Shown here in pieces: positions 41,619 to 51,055 of a stretch of 64,000 bases of DNA (within the stretch, counting starts at the first letter, position 1; every line of letters begins with the position of its first letter). The notes beneath the pieces were generated by a model. It worked only from the letters and a program-made list of their open reading frames with translations, made no database searches and was not told where the DNA came from. Source of the DNA: Fervidobacterium sp. (GTDB lineage: Bacteria > Thermotogota > Thermotogae > Thermotogales > Fervidobacteriaceae); assembly GCA_049970055.1 (NCBI GenBank), contig JBMFNR010000002.1:532406-596405 (forward strand). The letters run 5' to 3'. The position numbers and the translations under genes were made by a program.

Positions 41619-42881
41619 TCAAAGCTTTATTGATTTCAATTCTTCAGCAAATTCCGATGCTTTTATTCTTACGTTATTTATCGCCTCTTCTAGTTGCTCA
41701 ATTCCCGCGTAAAGTTCCTCGACAGATTCTTGCACTGCACGGGAAACTCTCGCAACTTTGTCTGAGTTTTGAGTAGACGCGTTAACGACCTGATTAATCA
41801 CATTCAAAGAATCCCTGACATAATTAACTTCCTTAGAGATTTTTTCAGTTATTAGTACAGTGGCTGCAACAACTTTTTCGACATCTTTGAGTGAATCTTT
41901 CGATTCTTTGGCAAGTGTTCTTGTTGATGCTGAAAGTTCCATAATCATTTCTGCTATCCTTGAGAGCCCGTCTTTATCTATTGTTTCCTTGCTTGTCTCA
42001 ATGGAGGCGTTGATAGCCAATACTGTGATATTATCGGATACTTCTGTTATCTTCTCAGCAATTCCACTAAGGGATTCTATCGTACTTGTTAGTTCTGAAA
42101 CCGAATGTGTTATTTCTTCGATAGTATTAGTAAAATCTCTTATTCTATTGAGCGTAGTTTCAACTTCTGCCCTACTTTCTTCAAAATATGCGGCAAGTTC
42201 TTCCACAGCTTTATTCAATTCCAAAGATGCCTCTTCGGTATTATGAGCGACAGATTTGATCTCTTCAGCTGAAGAAGCAGTGGATACAATATTTTCAAAA
42301 ACTGTGTTCAGTAATTCTGTGGCTGCTTTGTACTGATTTTTTGTTGGGTTTATAAGGAATTCTCCAAATATATACCCGATTATCAATGAAACGATAACAG
42401 ATAACGGTATAAAAAATCGGAGCATAAATGAATTGAGTTTTTTCAAGTCGGCGAAAAGTTCATCTTCACGAGCCGCGTGTACCACAAATTTATCACCATC
42501 AAATGCAAATGCAACATATCTTTTAGTACCTTCGTAATTGTACGAATATATTCCTGTCTTCACTTTGAGCATATATTCGAAAAGTCCAGGGACAGTGGTT
42601 TTAACATCAATTCCAATTTTTGTATTATCTTGGTGCATTAACGTTATGCCGTCATCCGATATCACGTAATAGTAACCTACCTCTGGTTGGATTTTGTCGA
42701 TAAAATCGTAATATCTTATTCGGGACAATACCTTTACCTCGCTTAAGAAACTTTTCAATGCAACGTTCTTAATCGTATCGATTGATTTAGGCAGCATTAT
42801 AAAAAATACAAAAATGGTGAGTGTGCCAAATATCAAAATAGCACTTATAATAGAATACTTCCAACTAAGCTTCATGATCAT
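41619..42881 (-). CDS. Methyl-accepting chemoreceptor, Cache-like sensor, short divergent signalling domain
   Basis: Two TMs; YYYVISDDGITLMH; tip ITVLAINASIE. Confidence 0.85.
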   Translation of the reverse strand: MIMKLSWKYSIISAILIFGTLTIFVFFIMLPKSIDTIKNVALKSFLSEVKVLSRIRYYDFIDKIQPEVGYYYVISDDGITLMHQDNTKIGIDVKTTVPGLFEYMLKVKTGIYSYNYEGTKRYVAFAFDGDKFVVHAAREDELFADLKKLNSFMLRFFIPLSVIVSLIIGYIFGEFLINPTKNQYKAATELLNTVFENIVSTASSAEEIKSVAHNTEEASLELNKAVEELAAYFEESRAEVETTLNRIRDFTNTIEEITHSVSELTSTIESLSGIAEKITEVSDNITVLAINASIETSKETIDKDGLSRIAEMIMELSASTRTLAKESKDSLKDVEKVVAATVLITEKISKEVNYVRDSLNVINQVVNASTQNSDKVARVSRAVQESVEELYAGIEQLEEAINNVRIKASEFAEELKSIKL

Positions 42882-44206
42882 TTTCCTCCCTCTTCAAATT
42901 TTTCGAATATTTCACCCACGGTTTCCCCATTCCATTCAAAAAGTATGTGATCAAATTCAACTGCAAGAGATAAATTCTCCAACGAATGTTTTACCTTCCT
43001 CAAAATATCTTCTTTTTCATTTTCTGCCTTCGAGATTTTTGAGCCTATGAAAATGCATGCAAATTCATTAGTAGAAATTCTCCCAGCAAGGTCTGGGACT
43101 TTTTCCAGTAGTACATCTGAGGTAATTTTTAAGATATTACTCACAATTTTTTCTCCACTCAAAGCACTTATTTCTCTTAAGTTCCTGATTTTCAATTTAA
43201 GAAAACTTAGAGGAATATTGTTTCTCAGAGCAAAATCAATGGCATATTCAACACGCGTTCTGAAGTATGTTTCATTGTACAGCCCTGTCACTTCGTCTAT
43301 TTCTCTCCCGATCGAGAGATTTCTGTAATCGTTTAGAATTTGAAAAAGTGTGCTCAGTGGTTCATTTATCATCGAGAGAATGTTTTGGGCCATATCTGAA
43401 ATAGCACCGTGTTCTAATACCACAAAGCCGATAGGCTCTCTTTTTTTATATATGATTTCCATTATAAAGTCATCGTCACATGATCTATTCCCGTCAAAGT
43501 ATGATACTACGTTGGAATAATATTTCACGCCTGCAAAGTCTACGATTAATTTGTGTACTTCTTCTGGTGAAGCAAGATTTTTTCCGAATCCGTAAAGTCT
43601 TATCTCTGAAAGTGAAGACAAAGCTATGTAACAAGATTCAAATTCAAACAATTCTTTCAATAACTCAAACAATTTTCTCATCACAAGTTGTTCATCATAT
43701 AAATACTCGGAATAGCTTATTATTTCCCTGACCAACGTTGACTCTTTCAGACTTTCTTCAATTATATCGACTAATTCACAGTACGGTTCTGTATGACTCT
43801 TGTAAATTTCTCTTGACCATTCAAAAGAGAATGGCTCTTCTACAAATCGTATTATTTCACGCTCCAATTCGTCTTGTGGAAGAGTTTTCTTCAGAAAATA
43901 ATTGACGCCACTCTTTTTTGCCCAAAAGGAATTAACGGTTTCTTCAGCACCTGTGAGCATTAATATTCCCACATTTTTTGTTGCAGTATAACTTCTTATA
44001 AATCTTGTGAAGTGGATTCCGTTGAGTTTTGGCATCACATAATCAACGATAACAACATCGGGAAGGAAAGAAAAAAACTTGTTTATACCATCAAGTCCAT
44101 CTTTTGCTACTTCAGTACTGTGTCCATTGCTTTCTATAAGGTTTTTTAAAAAATTCCGCCAGACTGCAGAATCATCTACGATTAATACCTTTTTCACTAT
44201 GATCAC
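42878..44206 (-). CDS. Response regulator with degenerate GGDEF domain
   Basis: REC (IVDDS, VDYVMP); DEVTGLYN..GRISTNEF. Confidence 0.85.
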   Translation of the reverse strand: MIIVKKVLIVDDSAVWRNFLKNLIESNGHSTEVAKDGLDGINKFFSFLPDVVIVDYVMPKLNGIHFTRFIRSYTATKNVGILMLTGAEETVNSFWAKKSGVNYFLKKTLPQDELEREIIRFVEEPFSFEWSREIYKSHTEPYCELVDIIEESLKESTLVREIISYSEYLYDEQLVMRKLFELLKELFEFESCYIALSSLSEIRLYGFGKNLASPEEVHKLIVDFAGVKYYSNVVSYFDGNRSCDDDFIMEIIYKKREPIGFVVLEHGAISDMAQNILSMINEPLSTLFQILNDYRNLSIGREIDEVTGLYNETYFRTRVEYAIDFALRNNIPLSFLKLKIRNLREISALSGEKIVSNILKITSDVLLEKVPDLAGRISTNEFACIFIGSKISKAENEKEDILRKVKHSLENLSLAVEFDHILFEWNGETVGEIFEKFEEGGK

Positions 44207-44775
44207 TCCCCATTCTTGACCATATTATTTATACCAATGATTATCTCTTTGATCTTTTCGTGTTCCATTTTTTCGTATCTTGATTCAAGTTCTTTTGCAA
44301 TATTTTCTGGAAGGTAAGGAAATTGTGGTTTTTTCTCTATTATAAATCTAACCCATTTCGATTTTAATTTCTTTGCGTAATCTTTTCCATCATCACCAAG
44401 TCCGCCGAGAACTATAATCGTCACATTATTATCTGCAAATTTAACAAGGGATTCAAATAACTTCGATATTGATGGGTGGACTTTATATTCGGAATCTACA
44501 GAATTAACGATGTTTTCTGTTACGAAAACGATATCTTTGCCACCTTGTGGTAGATAAATTCCTTGTGTCAATTCCATCGGTGCTTTGACAATATAAACAG
44601 GGTGCATCGTTTCTGAAACTATGTGGTTTGCATATGTTTCCATAACATTGCCTGAAAAATGGATACAAATTATTACTGGAATATAAAGTTCTTGTTTTAC
44701 CTTTAACAGTTCAATCGCAATGTTTGGACTTCCGGCCGAACCTACTATTATTACTTTTGGCTTTTTCATCTTCAT
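44203..44775 (-). CDS. cheB: Stand-alone CheB-type methylesterase domain
   Basis: GSAGSP (Ser), CIHF (His), HPSISKLF, GLGDDG (Asp); no receiver domain. Confidence 0.75.
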   Translation of the reverse strand: MKMKKPKVIIVGSAGSPNIAIELLKVKQELYIPVIICIHFSGNVMETYANHIVSETMHPVYIVKAPMELTQGIYLPQGGKDIVFVTENIVNSVDSEYKVHPSISKLFESLVKFADNNVTIIVLGGLGDDGKDYAKKLKSKWVRFIIEKKPQFPYLPENIAKELESRYEKMEHEKIKEIIIGINNMVKNGE

Positions 44776-44786
44776 ACCCTACCCTA

Positions 44787-46541
44787 TTATTCGATGAGTT
44801 TTTCTATTAGTTTTATCAATCTTTCTAGCGGTTCTTCTTTTGATACGTAACCGTCAGCCCCAACTTCAAGCCCTTTTGCGAGTTGCTCTCTTGAGAGTGT
44901 GCTGAAAAGCACAACTGGTAGATTATTTTTTATTTTTTTAATCCTCCTTGTGGTTTCAAATCCGTCTATATCTGGCATCTCAATATCGCATAACACGATA
45001 TCAAAGTTACCTTTTTCAACGTATTCTACAGCTTCTAAGCCACCTTTTGCCTCTACAACAATGTAACCAAATGTAGCCAGGAACTTTGAAACAACATTTC
45101 TTGTGACAATGGAATCATCAACTAGTAATATTTTAACCTGTTTAGATTGCTTTGTTTCCGTTTGTCTAAAGGACTCAACATCTATTACTGGTAAGGGGTA
45201 AATAAAAATATTTTTTACAAACCCTTTTATGTCTTTGTATTTTTCGCCGCTAATCTGACCATCAAAAATCCCTAGGATATTGTCAATGAGTAATGCATTA
45301 TGCTTTCTTGTTACAATGGCAAATCTTGATTTTTTGGATTTATAAATGATATCGCATATTCTATCTTTGTGCCTAACCTGTCCGTTTATCTCCTTAGGCC
45401 TCGAAAGTACTTCTAAAATATCCGAAGTATCGACACAAAATTGCTGATCATCCGCCTCAATTACAAGAACTTTCGTGAGAAATGTTTTCACTGGGAAGTG
45501 TATAATAAATCTAGTACCTTTACTAGAACTGGTTACAAACTCAACATCTCCACCTTTCGCCATTGCGAAATTCTTAACGGCGTCCAATCCAACGCCTCTT
45601 CCAGATGTACCGTCCGCTTGCTCCTTTGTTGAAAATCCGGGAACAAAAATCACGTCTTCTGGCCTCAGATGGCCAAGATTCATTTGTAAAGCCCTTCCCC
45701 TCACCTTCTCAAAATCTATACCCTTTCCATCATCTTCTACTTCCAAAAACAATTCGTTGTTTAGTACATAACTTCTTAACGTGATAGTTCCAACTTCCTT
45801 TTTTCCAAGGTTTTTCCTTTGTTCGGGAAGTTCAATTCCATGAGCTATGGCATTTCTAACGAGGTGTACCAGCATGTCAACAAGCGCCTGAGAATCTTTC
45901 TTTTCTACCAATTCATTTCCTACCTCGAGAACTAAGCGAACCTTCTTTTTCTCATTACTTGCTTCTTGAAGAACAAGGGTATCAAAGTTTGATAGTAAGT
46001 CGCTTAGTTTTACGTAGTACAGGTTCTGTATTTCATTCACAAGTTTTTGTTTAGCAGTCCTAATGACTCTAAGTGCACTATTTATATCGCTACGCATCAA
46101 GCTATTTTCCGTAATCAGTGCCATAGATAAGAATTCCTGAAGATCCTGTAAAGATAATCCATAATTAGCCTGCGAAATGATCTTAGACTCAACTCGTTTC
46201 TTTCCCTCAAGTTTATCGATTAGATCATTTACTTCCTCTTCTGAAAGATCTGTTGATCGTTCTAGAAGAGGTGGAATTGTGGATAACAGACGAGTTAGAA
46301 GTTCATCCGATAAATCTTTCTGCCCTGACAAAAAATTCTTGAAGTATTCTTCAATTTTGTGAAATACATCTTTGTAACCGGTAAGCCCAACTAAGCTTGC
46401 GGAACCTTTTATAGTATGAAAAAGCCTGTATATATTGTTTATTAGGGTTAAATCTTTCGTTTGCAGAAAAGACTTTATATTTTCAGTAGCTTCCATACCT
46501 TTTTCACGCAACTCTTCGAAAAACACTTCAAGAAAATCCAT
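44787..46541 (-). CDS. cheA: CheA-like hybrid kinase (Hpt, HATPase, CheW-like, REC)
   Basis: RLFHTIKGSA, HLVRNAIAHGIE, DDGKG, FVPGFST, SGRGVGLD; C-terminal LLVDDS..DIEMP. Confidence 0.93.
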   Translation of the reverse strand: MDFLEVFFEELREKGMEATENIKSFLQTKDLTLINNIYRLFHTIKGSASLVGLTGYKDVFHKIEEYFKNFLSGQKDLSDELLTRLLSTIPPLLERSTDLSEEEVNDLIDKLEGKKRVESKIISQANYGLSLQDLQEFLSMALITENSLMRSDINSALRVIRTAKQKLVNEIQNLYYVKLSDLLSNFDTLVLQEASNEKKKVRLVLEVGNELVEKKDSQALVDMLVHLVRNAIAHGIELPEQRKNLGKKEVGTITLRSYVLNNELFLEVEDDGKGIDFEKVRGRALQMNLGHLRPEDVIFVPGFSTKEQADGTSGRGVGLDAVKNFAMAKGGDVEFVTSSSKGTRFIIHFPVKTFLTKVLVIEADDQQFCVDTSDILEVLSRPKEINGQVRHKDRICDIIYKSKKSRFAIVTRKHNALLIDNILGIFDGQISGEKYKDIKGFVKNIFIYPLPVIDVESFRQTETKQSKQVKILLVDDSIVTRNVVSKFLATFGYIVVEAKGGLEAVEYVEKGNFDIVLCDIEMPDIDGFETTRRIKKIKNNLPVVLFSTLSREQLAKGLEVGADGYVSKEEPLERLIKLIEKLIE

Positions 46542-46561
46542 ACTCTTAGCTCCCTATCTTT

Positions 46562-47317
46562 TTATTCTAATATCTCAAAAATCCCAAGTTCTGTTTCAAG
46601 CCACTTCTTTCCATTTTTTTCGCTTAGCAGTACGCTTCCAGAAACAATGTTAACCTTTGCAGTTTGATACGCAATGTTTTCAGAAATGACAACAAATTTT
46701 CCTTCATCTAGTTTTTTAACAGGCAGTATCTTTTTGTATTCTACAAAGCCATCACTATCTGAGCTTTTAAACGGTGTCACCAGATTAGATTGGAGTATTG
46801 TTTTCACTTTTTCCTTGCTTATAGCGTACTTGTCCCCAATGATTAAAAAGCTGAGCTGATCGATACCTTTGATAGCACTTTTAATTATCATATTTTCATA
46901 CGTTGTAGATTTGACTTTTGCTTCCGATGGTATCTGGACACTTGTCGTGTTGTAAATGTAGAAAATATCACCTTTACACTGAATTATTCCGACATATTCT
47001 GAAAGATGTTCAAAACACGTACCTGTATCAAATGGTACAGAACTGGATATTTCAATAACCTCCCCTTCCCACTCGCCTATTATTCTTGTAACGCCAAAAG
47101 CATACTGTGTTAACACGAGAAAATATTTCAGAACAGGCATCGGTAATTTTGAGTGTGAAACAACAGGATACAAGTAATTACCATGTTGAGTGAACCCAAG
47201 TATCTGATTTGAAGGACCCGGGAAAAAGCTCGTACTTACACCACGCACAAGTGCCGTTTCTATAGCAATCTTAACTATTCCATTTTCATGTTCGATTTCA
47301 CACAGGTAAAACTTCAT
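46562..47317 (-). CDS. Divergent tandem CheW-like protein
   Basis: IAIETALVRGV..FPGPSNQILGFTQHGNYLYPVV resembles CheW; a second repeat KYAISKEKVKTI; lies between cheR and cheA. Confidence 0.6.
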   Translation of the reverse strand: MKFYLCEIEHENGIVKIAIETALVRGVSTSFFPGPSNQILGFTQHGNYLYPVVSHSKLPMPVLKYFLVLTQYAFGVTRIIGEWEGEVIEISSSVPFDTGTCFEHLSEYVGIIQCKGDIFYIYNTTSVQIPSEAKVKSTTYENMIIKSAIKGIDQLSFLIIGDKYAISKEKVKTILQSNLVTPFKSSDSDGFVEYKKILPVKKLDEGKFVVISENIAYQTAKVNIVSGSVLLSEKNGKKWLETELGIFEILE

Positions 47318-47343
47318 ATCAACACCTCGCTCATTTTAAGAAC

Positions 47344-48450
47344 TTATCGAAAGCCTAACATATTATCCAGATAATGTTTTATTTGCCATGCTTCCTCATC
47401 GTAGTGATTTAAAAATAGAGACTTCTTAATCGATTCCTTTGCCTGCATGATTTTTGCTAATTCTATCTCTACCAGCGCTTTGTATTTCCAAACTAAATGT
47501 TCAGTTGGGTATTTTGATGAAAGTGATTTTACTTTTTCATATGCCAAGTCATACATTTTTCTCTCTATCAAATGTTCCACTACTTTTATCTCATTTTCAA
47601 ACGTTGGGATAAATAAGACATTTTCTATTTTTTTACATTCCTTCTGGACTATCTGCTTCTTTTGAATTTCTTGTATTTTTTGAATTTCTTGTATTTTGTG
47701 CTTTTCTTTATTAATATCAGTAAAGCTGCGCTTTTTCAATATAGCGCCGTTATCATCGTAGACAGGTTCTAAATGTTTGTAAAGTTCTGGAAAATATTCA
47801 CCTATTCCAATTATTAAGTACCCGTTATCGTTTAGTAACCTTAGAACACTGTGGAGTGTTTCTTCTATTCTATCTAAGTATATGAGTACTCTCCTTAGGA
47901 AGATTATATCAAATTTTCTTCCATCTAGTTCAAAACAATTGTTAATATTACACACTAAAAACGATACATTAACTTTGTACTCATTTTTGATGCAATATCT
48001 TTCATTCACCTTCACAAAATACTTATCTATATCTTTCTCTGGAAGGAATCTTAAACTCCAGTACCTGTAGCAACCGTCCTTAGCTTCTTGTATTCTTTGA
48101 TGATTCATGTCTATGCCTAAGATGTTACATTTCACATTTAATTTCTTGGCTATTATGGACAGTGAATAAACCTCTTCTCCTCTCGAACATCCAACTGATA
48201 GTATATTCCATTCATTTTTTGTTTTCAGCAACTTTTCAAGTTTTTCAAACGTTTTTAAATCTCTGAAAAAGTAAGATTCACCTACGGTTAGGTTTTCAAT
48301 AACGAGCAGTTCGAAGAGTTCTTCTGTTAAGTCCTCCACGGGTAACTCTTTTATTCTGTTTAAAAATCTGTCTAGCCTGTCATCTTGTGTTTTCAGTCTA
48401 TGCTTTTGCAAGATAGTCAAAACACGCTCTTTGATGGATTCAAAATTCAT
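47344..48450 (-). CDS. cheR: CheR methyltransferase with C-terminal TPR
   Basis: TVGESYFFRD, GCSRGEEVYSL, FDIIFLRRVLIY; TPR-like tail; SD GGAGG before ATG 48450. Confidence 0.92.
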   Translation of the reverse strand: MNFESIKERVLTILQKHRLKTQDDRLDRFLNRIKELPVEDLTEELFELLVIENLTVGESYFFRDLKTFEKLEKLLKTKNEWNILSVGCSRGEEVYSLSIIAKKLNVKCNILGIDMNHQRIQEAKDGCYRYWSLRFLPEKDIDKYFVKVNERYCIKNEYKVNVSFLVCNINNCFELDGRKFDIIFLRRVLIYLDRIEETLHSVLRLLNDNGYLIIGIGEYFPELYKHLEPVYDDNGAILKKRSFTDINKEKHKIQEIQKIQEIQKKQIVQKECKKIENVLFIPTFENEIKVVEHLIERKMYDLAYEKVKSLSSKYPTEHLVWKYKALVEIELAKIMQAKESIKKSLFLNHYDEEAWQIKHYLDNMLGFR

Positions 48451-48554
48451 TGATATACCTCCAGGATATACTTCCAAATTTATTCCAATTTATTCCAGAT
48501 TTACTTTAGCTCTTCTCAGAGTAATATCAAACACTTCCAATGCGCACACTTCAT

Positions 48555-48578
48555 ATTATAGCACTTTTATGCTATACT
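48555..48578. promoter_or_regulatory. Back-to-back extended -10 promoters (che operon and LOG operon)
   Basis: Minus TGCTATAAT and plus TGCTATACT, separated by 6 nt. Confidence 0.55.
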
Positions 48579-48623
48579 ACATAATGATTGATCAAGACTT
48601 GTTAGCGAAAGGATGTTAATGTC

Positions 48624-49145
48624 ATGGATGGAAGATTGAAGGTTGGGGTTATTGGATATTCTGGTAAAATCGACGAAGATCCAATATTGGGCCTTATCGA
48701 CATTTGTCTTAACCTTGGAAGAGAACTAGGTAAGAGGTATGTTGTTTTCACAGGTGGTCGAGATGGTATCATGGAGCTTGTGGCAAAAGGTGTCTCAGAA
48801 GTTGGTGGATTTAGTGTGGGGGTACTACCATGGGATGGTTCCGATTCAAACGAATACAATTCACTAGTGATAAGTACAGGCCTTGACTTTCAGATGCGTT
48901 CTTTCATACTCGTCAAGAGTGTCGATGCAGTTATTTCAATAGGTGGAGAAATTGGAACCGCTGTTGAGATTCTCGCCTCTTATGCAAATAAAAAACCCGT
49001 TATACTTCTGAGAGGAACAGGTGGGTGGACAGACAGAATTTCAAATGTTTTAATTGATGGAATGTACCTTGATAATAGGCGACTTGCTCCTGTTTACCAA
49101 GTTTGGAGTGTTGAAGAGGTTTTAAGGCTATTAGATAATTTTTAA
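48624..49145 (+). CDS. LOG/SLOG family protein (TIGR00725)
   Basis: TGGRDGIME, GVLP, GGEIGTAVE. Confidence 0.88.
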   Translation: MDGRLKVGVIGYSGKIDEDPILGLIDICLNLGRELGKRYVVFTGGRDGIMELVAKGVSEVGGFSVGVLPWDGSDSNEYNSLVISTGLDFQMRSFILVKSVDAVISIGGEIGTAVEILASYANKKPVILLRGTGGWTDRISNVLIDGMYLDNRRLAPVYQVWSVEEVLRLLDNF

Positions 49146-49167
49146 TATGATATGAGAGGATGGTATA

Positions 49168-50016
49168 ATGAAAAACCTTGCAAAGTATGTACCCGTTTTT
49201 GTGGTGACATTATTTTGGGGTGTATCGTTTGTTGCCACAAAATACGTTGTAGATGTGTTTAAACCATTCCCAGCAGCACTTTACAGATTTTCGATCGCTC
49301 TACTCATTCTCTTACCATTCGTCAAGAATAGAAAAATCAGAGATATCAACGCTTTTTGGGCTGGTTTTTGGGGGATAACGATGTATTTTGTCTTCGAGAA
49401 TACGGCGTTAATTTACACATCACCTACAAATGCAGCGGTAATAGTGTCAAGCGCACCGATATTATATGTGTTCTTTACCCATATATTTCACAAGGTAAGG
49501 ACTAACGTATTTCATTATTTAGGTTCAGCTCTTGCTTTCTTCGGAGTTGCGCTTGTAATACTAAATGGTAGAATTATGAAACTCAACCCTATTGGTGACA
49601 TATACGCGTTTGGTGCGGCGTTTTCTTGGGTAGCTTACACACATTATGTTATGAAAATGAAAAGTGACAATGGAATACAGCAAGTCTTTTCAATCACCTT
49701 CTGGGGTGTTGTAACACTCATTCCATTTTCCATTTTTCAAGATATGACTTTTCATTTCGAATTGAAAAGCTTTGTAAGCCTTATTTACCTTGGTATAATT
49801 TGTTCCGCAATTGGCTACTTTTTATGGAACAAGTCGATAACACTTATCGGTGATAGGAGGACAACGAATGCGATTTATTTCATACCTATGGTTACGATAT
49901 TTTCAGAGAACGTGATTATGAAGTCGAAGTTAACTATATACAATGTATTAGGGGTTCTATCACTAATAATGGGATTATATATTTTTGAAAGGGGAGAAGA
50001 ACATGGCGAGAAATGA
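49168..50016 (+). CDS. EamA/DMT transporter
   Basis: FWGVSF, about 10 TM, YLGIICSAIGYFLW. Confidence 0.92.
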   Translation: MKNLAKYVPVFVVTLFWGVSFVATKYVVDVFKPFPAALYRFSIALLILLPFVKNRKIRDINAFWAGFWGITMYFVFENTALIYTSPTNAAVIVSSAPILYVFFTHIFHKVRTNVFHYLGSALAFFGVALVILNGRIMKLNPIGDIYAFGAAFSWVAYTHYVMKMKSDNGIQQVFSITFWGVVTLIPFSIFQDMTFHFELKSFVSLIYLGIICSAIGYFLWNKSITLIGDRRTTNAIYFIPMVTIFSENVIMKSKLTIYNVLGVLSLIMGLYIFERGEEHGEK

Positions 50017-51013
50017 TTTAGGTATCGACCTTGGCACGGCCAATTTCATAGTTTACCAGCAGGGGAAAGGTATAGTTTTGAATGAGCCATCAGTTGTTGC
50101 AATCGAGAGGAAAACAAACAAGATTCTTGCAATTGGAAGTGAAGCAAAGGAAATGCTTGGCAAAACTCCCGAAGATAAGATCTTAGCAGTTAAGCCCATG
50201 AGAGATGGTGTCATCGCAGACTATACAATTATATCAGAGGTTCTCAAATACTTCATGAAAAAGCTAAACAAAGGTTTGTTCTTCAAATGTAATATGGTTA
50301 TAGGTATCCCCACGAAGACTACAAGCGTTGAACAAAGAGCAGTGTACGATGCCGCACTTAGGGCAGGGGCTAAGAGAGTGCATATTGTTTTAGAGCCAAC
50401 AGCCGCTGCTATTGGAATTGGATTAGACGTGATGAAACCTATGGGGAACATGGTAATAGATATTGGTGGAGGTACAACAGATATTGCAGTTATAAGTCTT
50501 GGAGGTATTGTTGTTGGTGACTCTATAAAACTGGCTGGAAATGCACTCGATGAAGCTATTGTGAAAGGCATTAGGAGGACTTTTGGATTGATAATTGGGG
50601 AATCCACAGCAGAGGAGATAAAAATAAAGATAGGAAAAGTCCATCCTGACGTAGAAGATTTGGAATTGGAGATAAAAGGTAGAGATGCAGTAACAGGTTT
50701 ACCAAGAACTGAAGTGATAAATTCATCGGATGTTTATAGGATGGTTAAACCGGTTATAGATAATATTATATCGCGTGTTAAACTTGTACTTGAAAAAACT
50801 CCACCAGAACTTTCGGCAGATATTATTCAGCATGGCATAGTTTTAACAGGTGGCGGAGCACTGCTGAGAGGTATTGATAAGGCTATACAAGATGAGATTG
50901 GAGTACCTTGTAAAGTTGCTGACGAGCCACTTTTGTGTGTTGCAAAAGGTACGGGAAAACTTCTTGAAGATGAAGAGTTACTCAAACATGTAGCCGTTAC
51001 ATACGAAAAATAA
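50003..51013 (+). CDS. mreB: Rod shape-determining protein (MreB/Mbl)
   Basis: GIDLGTAN, EPSVVA, DIGGGTT, LTGGGALL. Confidence 0.96.
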   Translation: MARNDLGIDLGTANFIVYQQGKGIVLNEPSVVAIERKTNKILAIGSEAKEMLGKTPEDKILAVKPMRDGVIADYTIISEVLKYFMKKLNKGLFFKCNMVIGIPTKTTSVEQRAVYDAALRAGAKRVHIVLEPTAAAIGIGLDVMKPMGNMVIDIGGGTTDIAVISLGGIVVGDSIKLAGNALDEAIVKGIRRTFGLIIGESTAEEIKIKIGKVHPDVEDLELEIKGRDAVTGLPRTEVINSSDVYRMVKPVIDNIISRVKLVLEKTPPELSADIIQHGIVLTGGGALLRGIDKAIQDEIGVPCKVADEPLLCVAKGTGKLLEDEELLKHVAVTYEK

Positions 51014-51055
51014 TTAAAAGCCTTTAAAAACCATTATATAAATCTTTACAGGAGT

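Noticed and set aside
48624..49145. SLOG protein as an anti-phage defence component
   Set aside because: Stand-alone TIGR00725 type with no TIR, Sir2 or effector neighbour.
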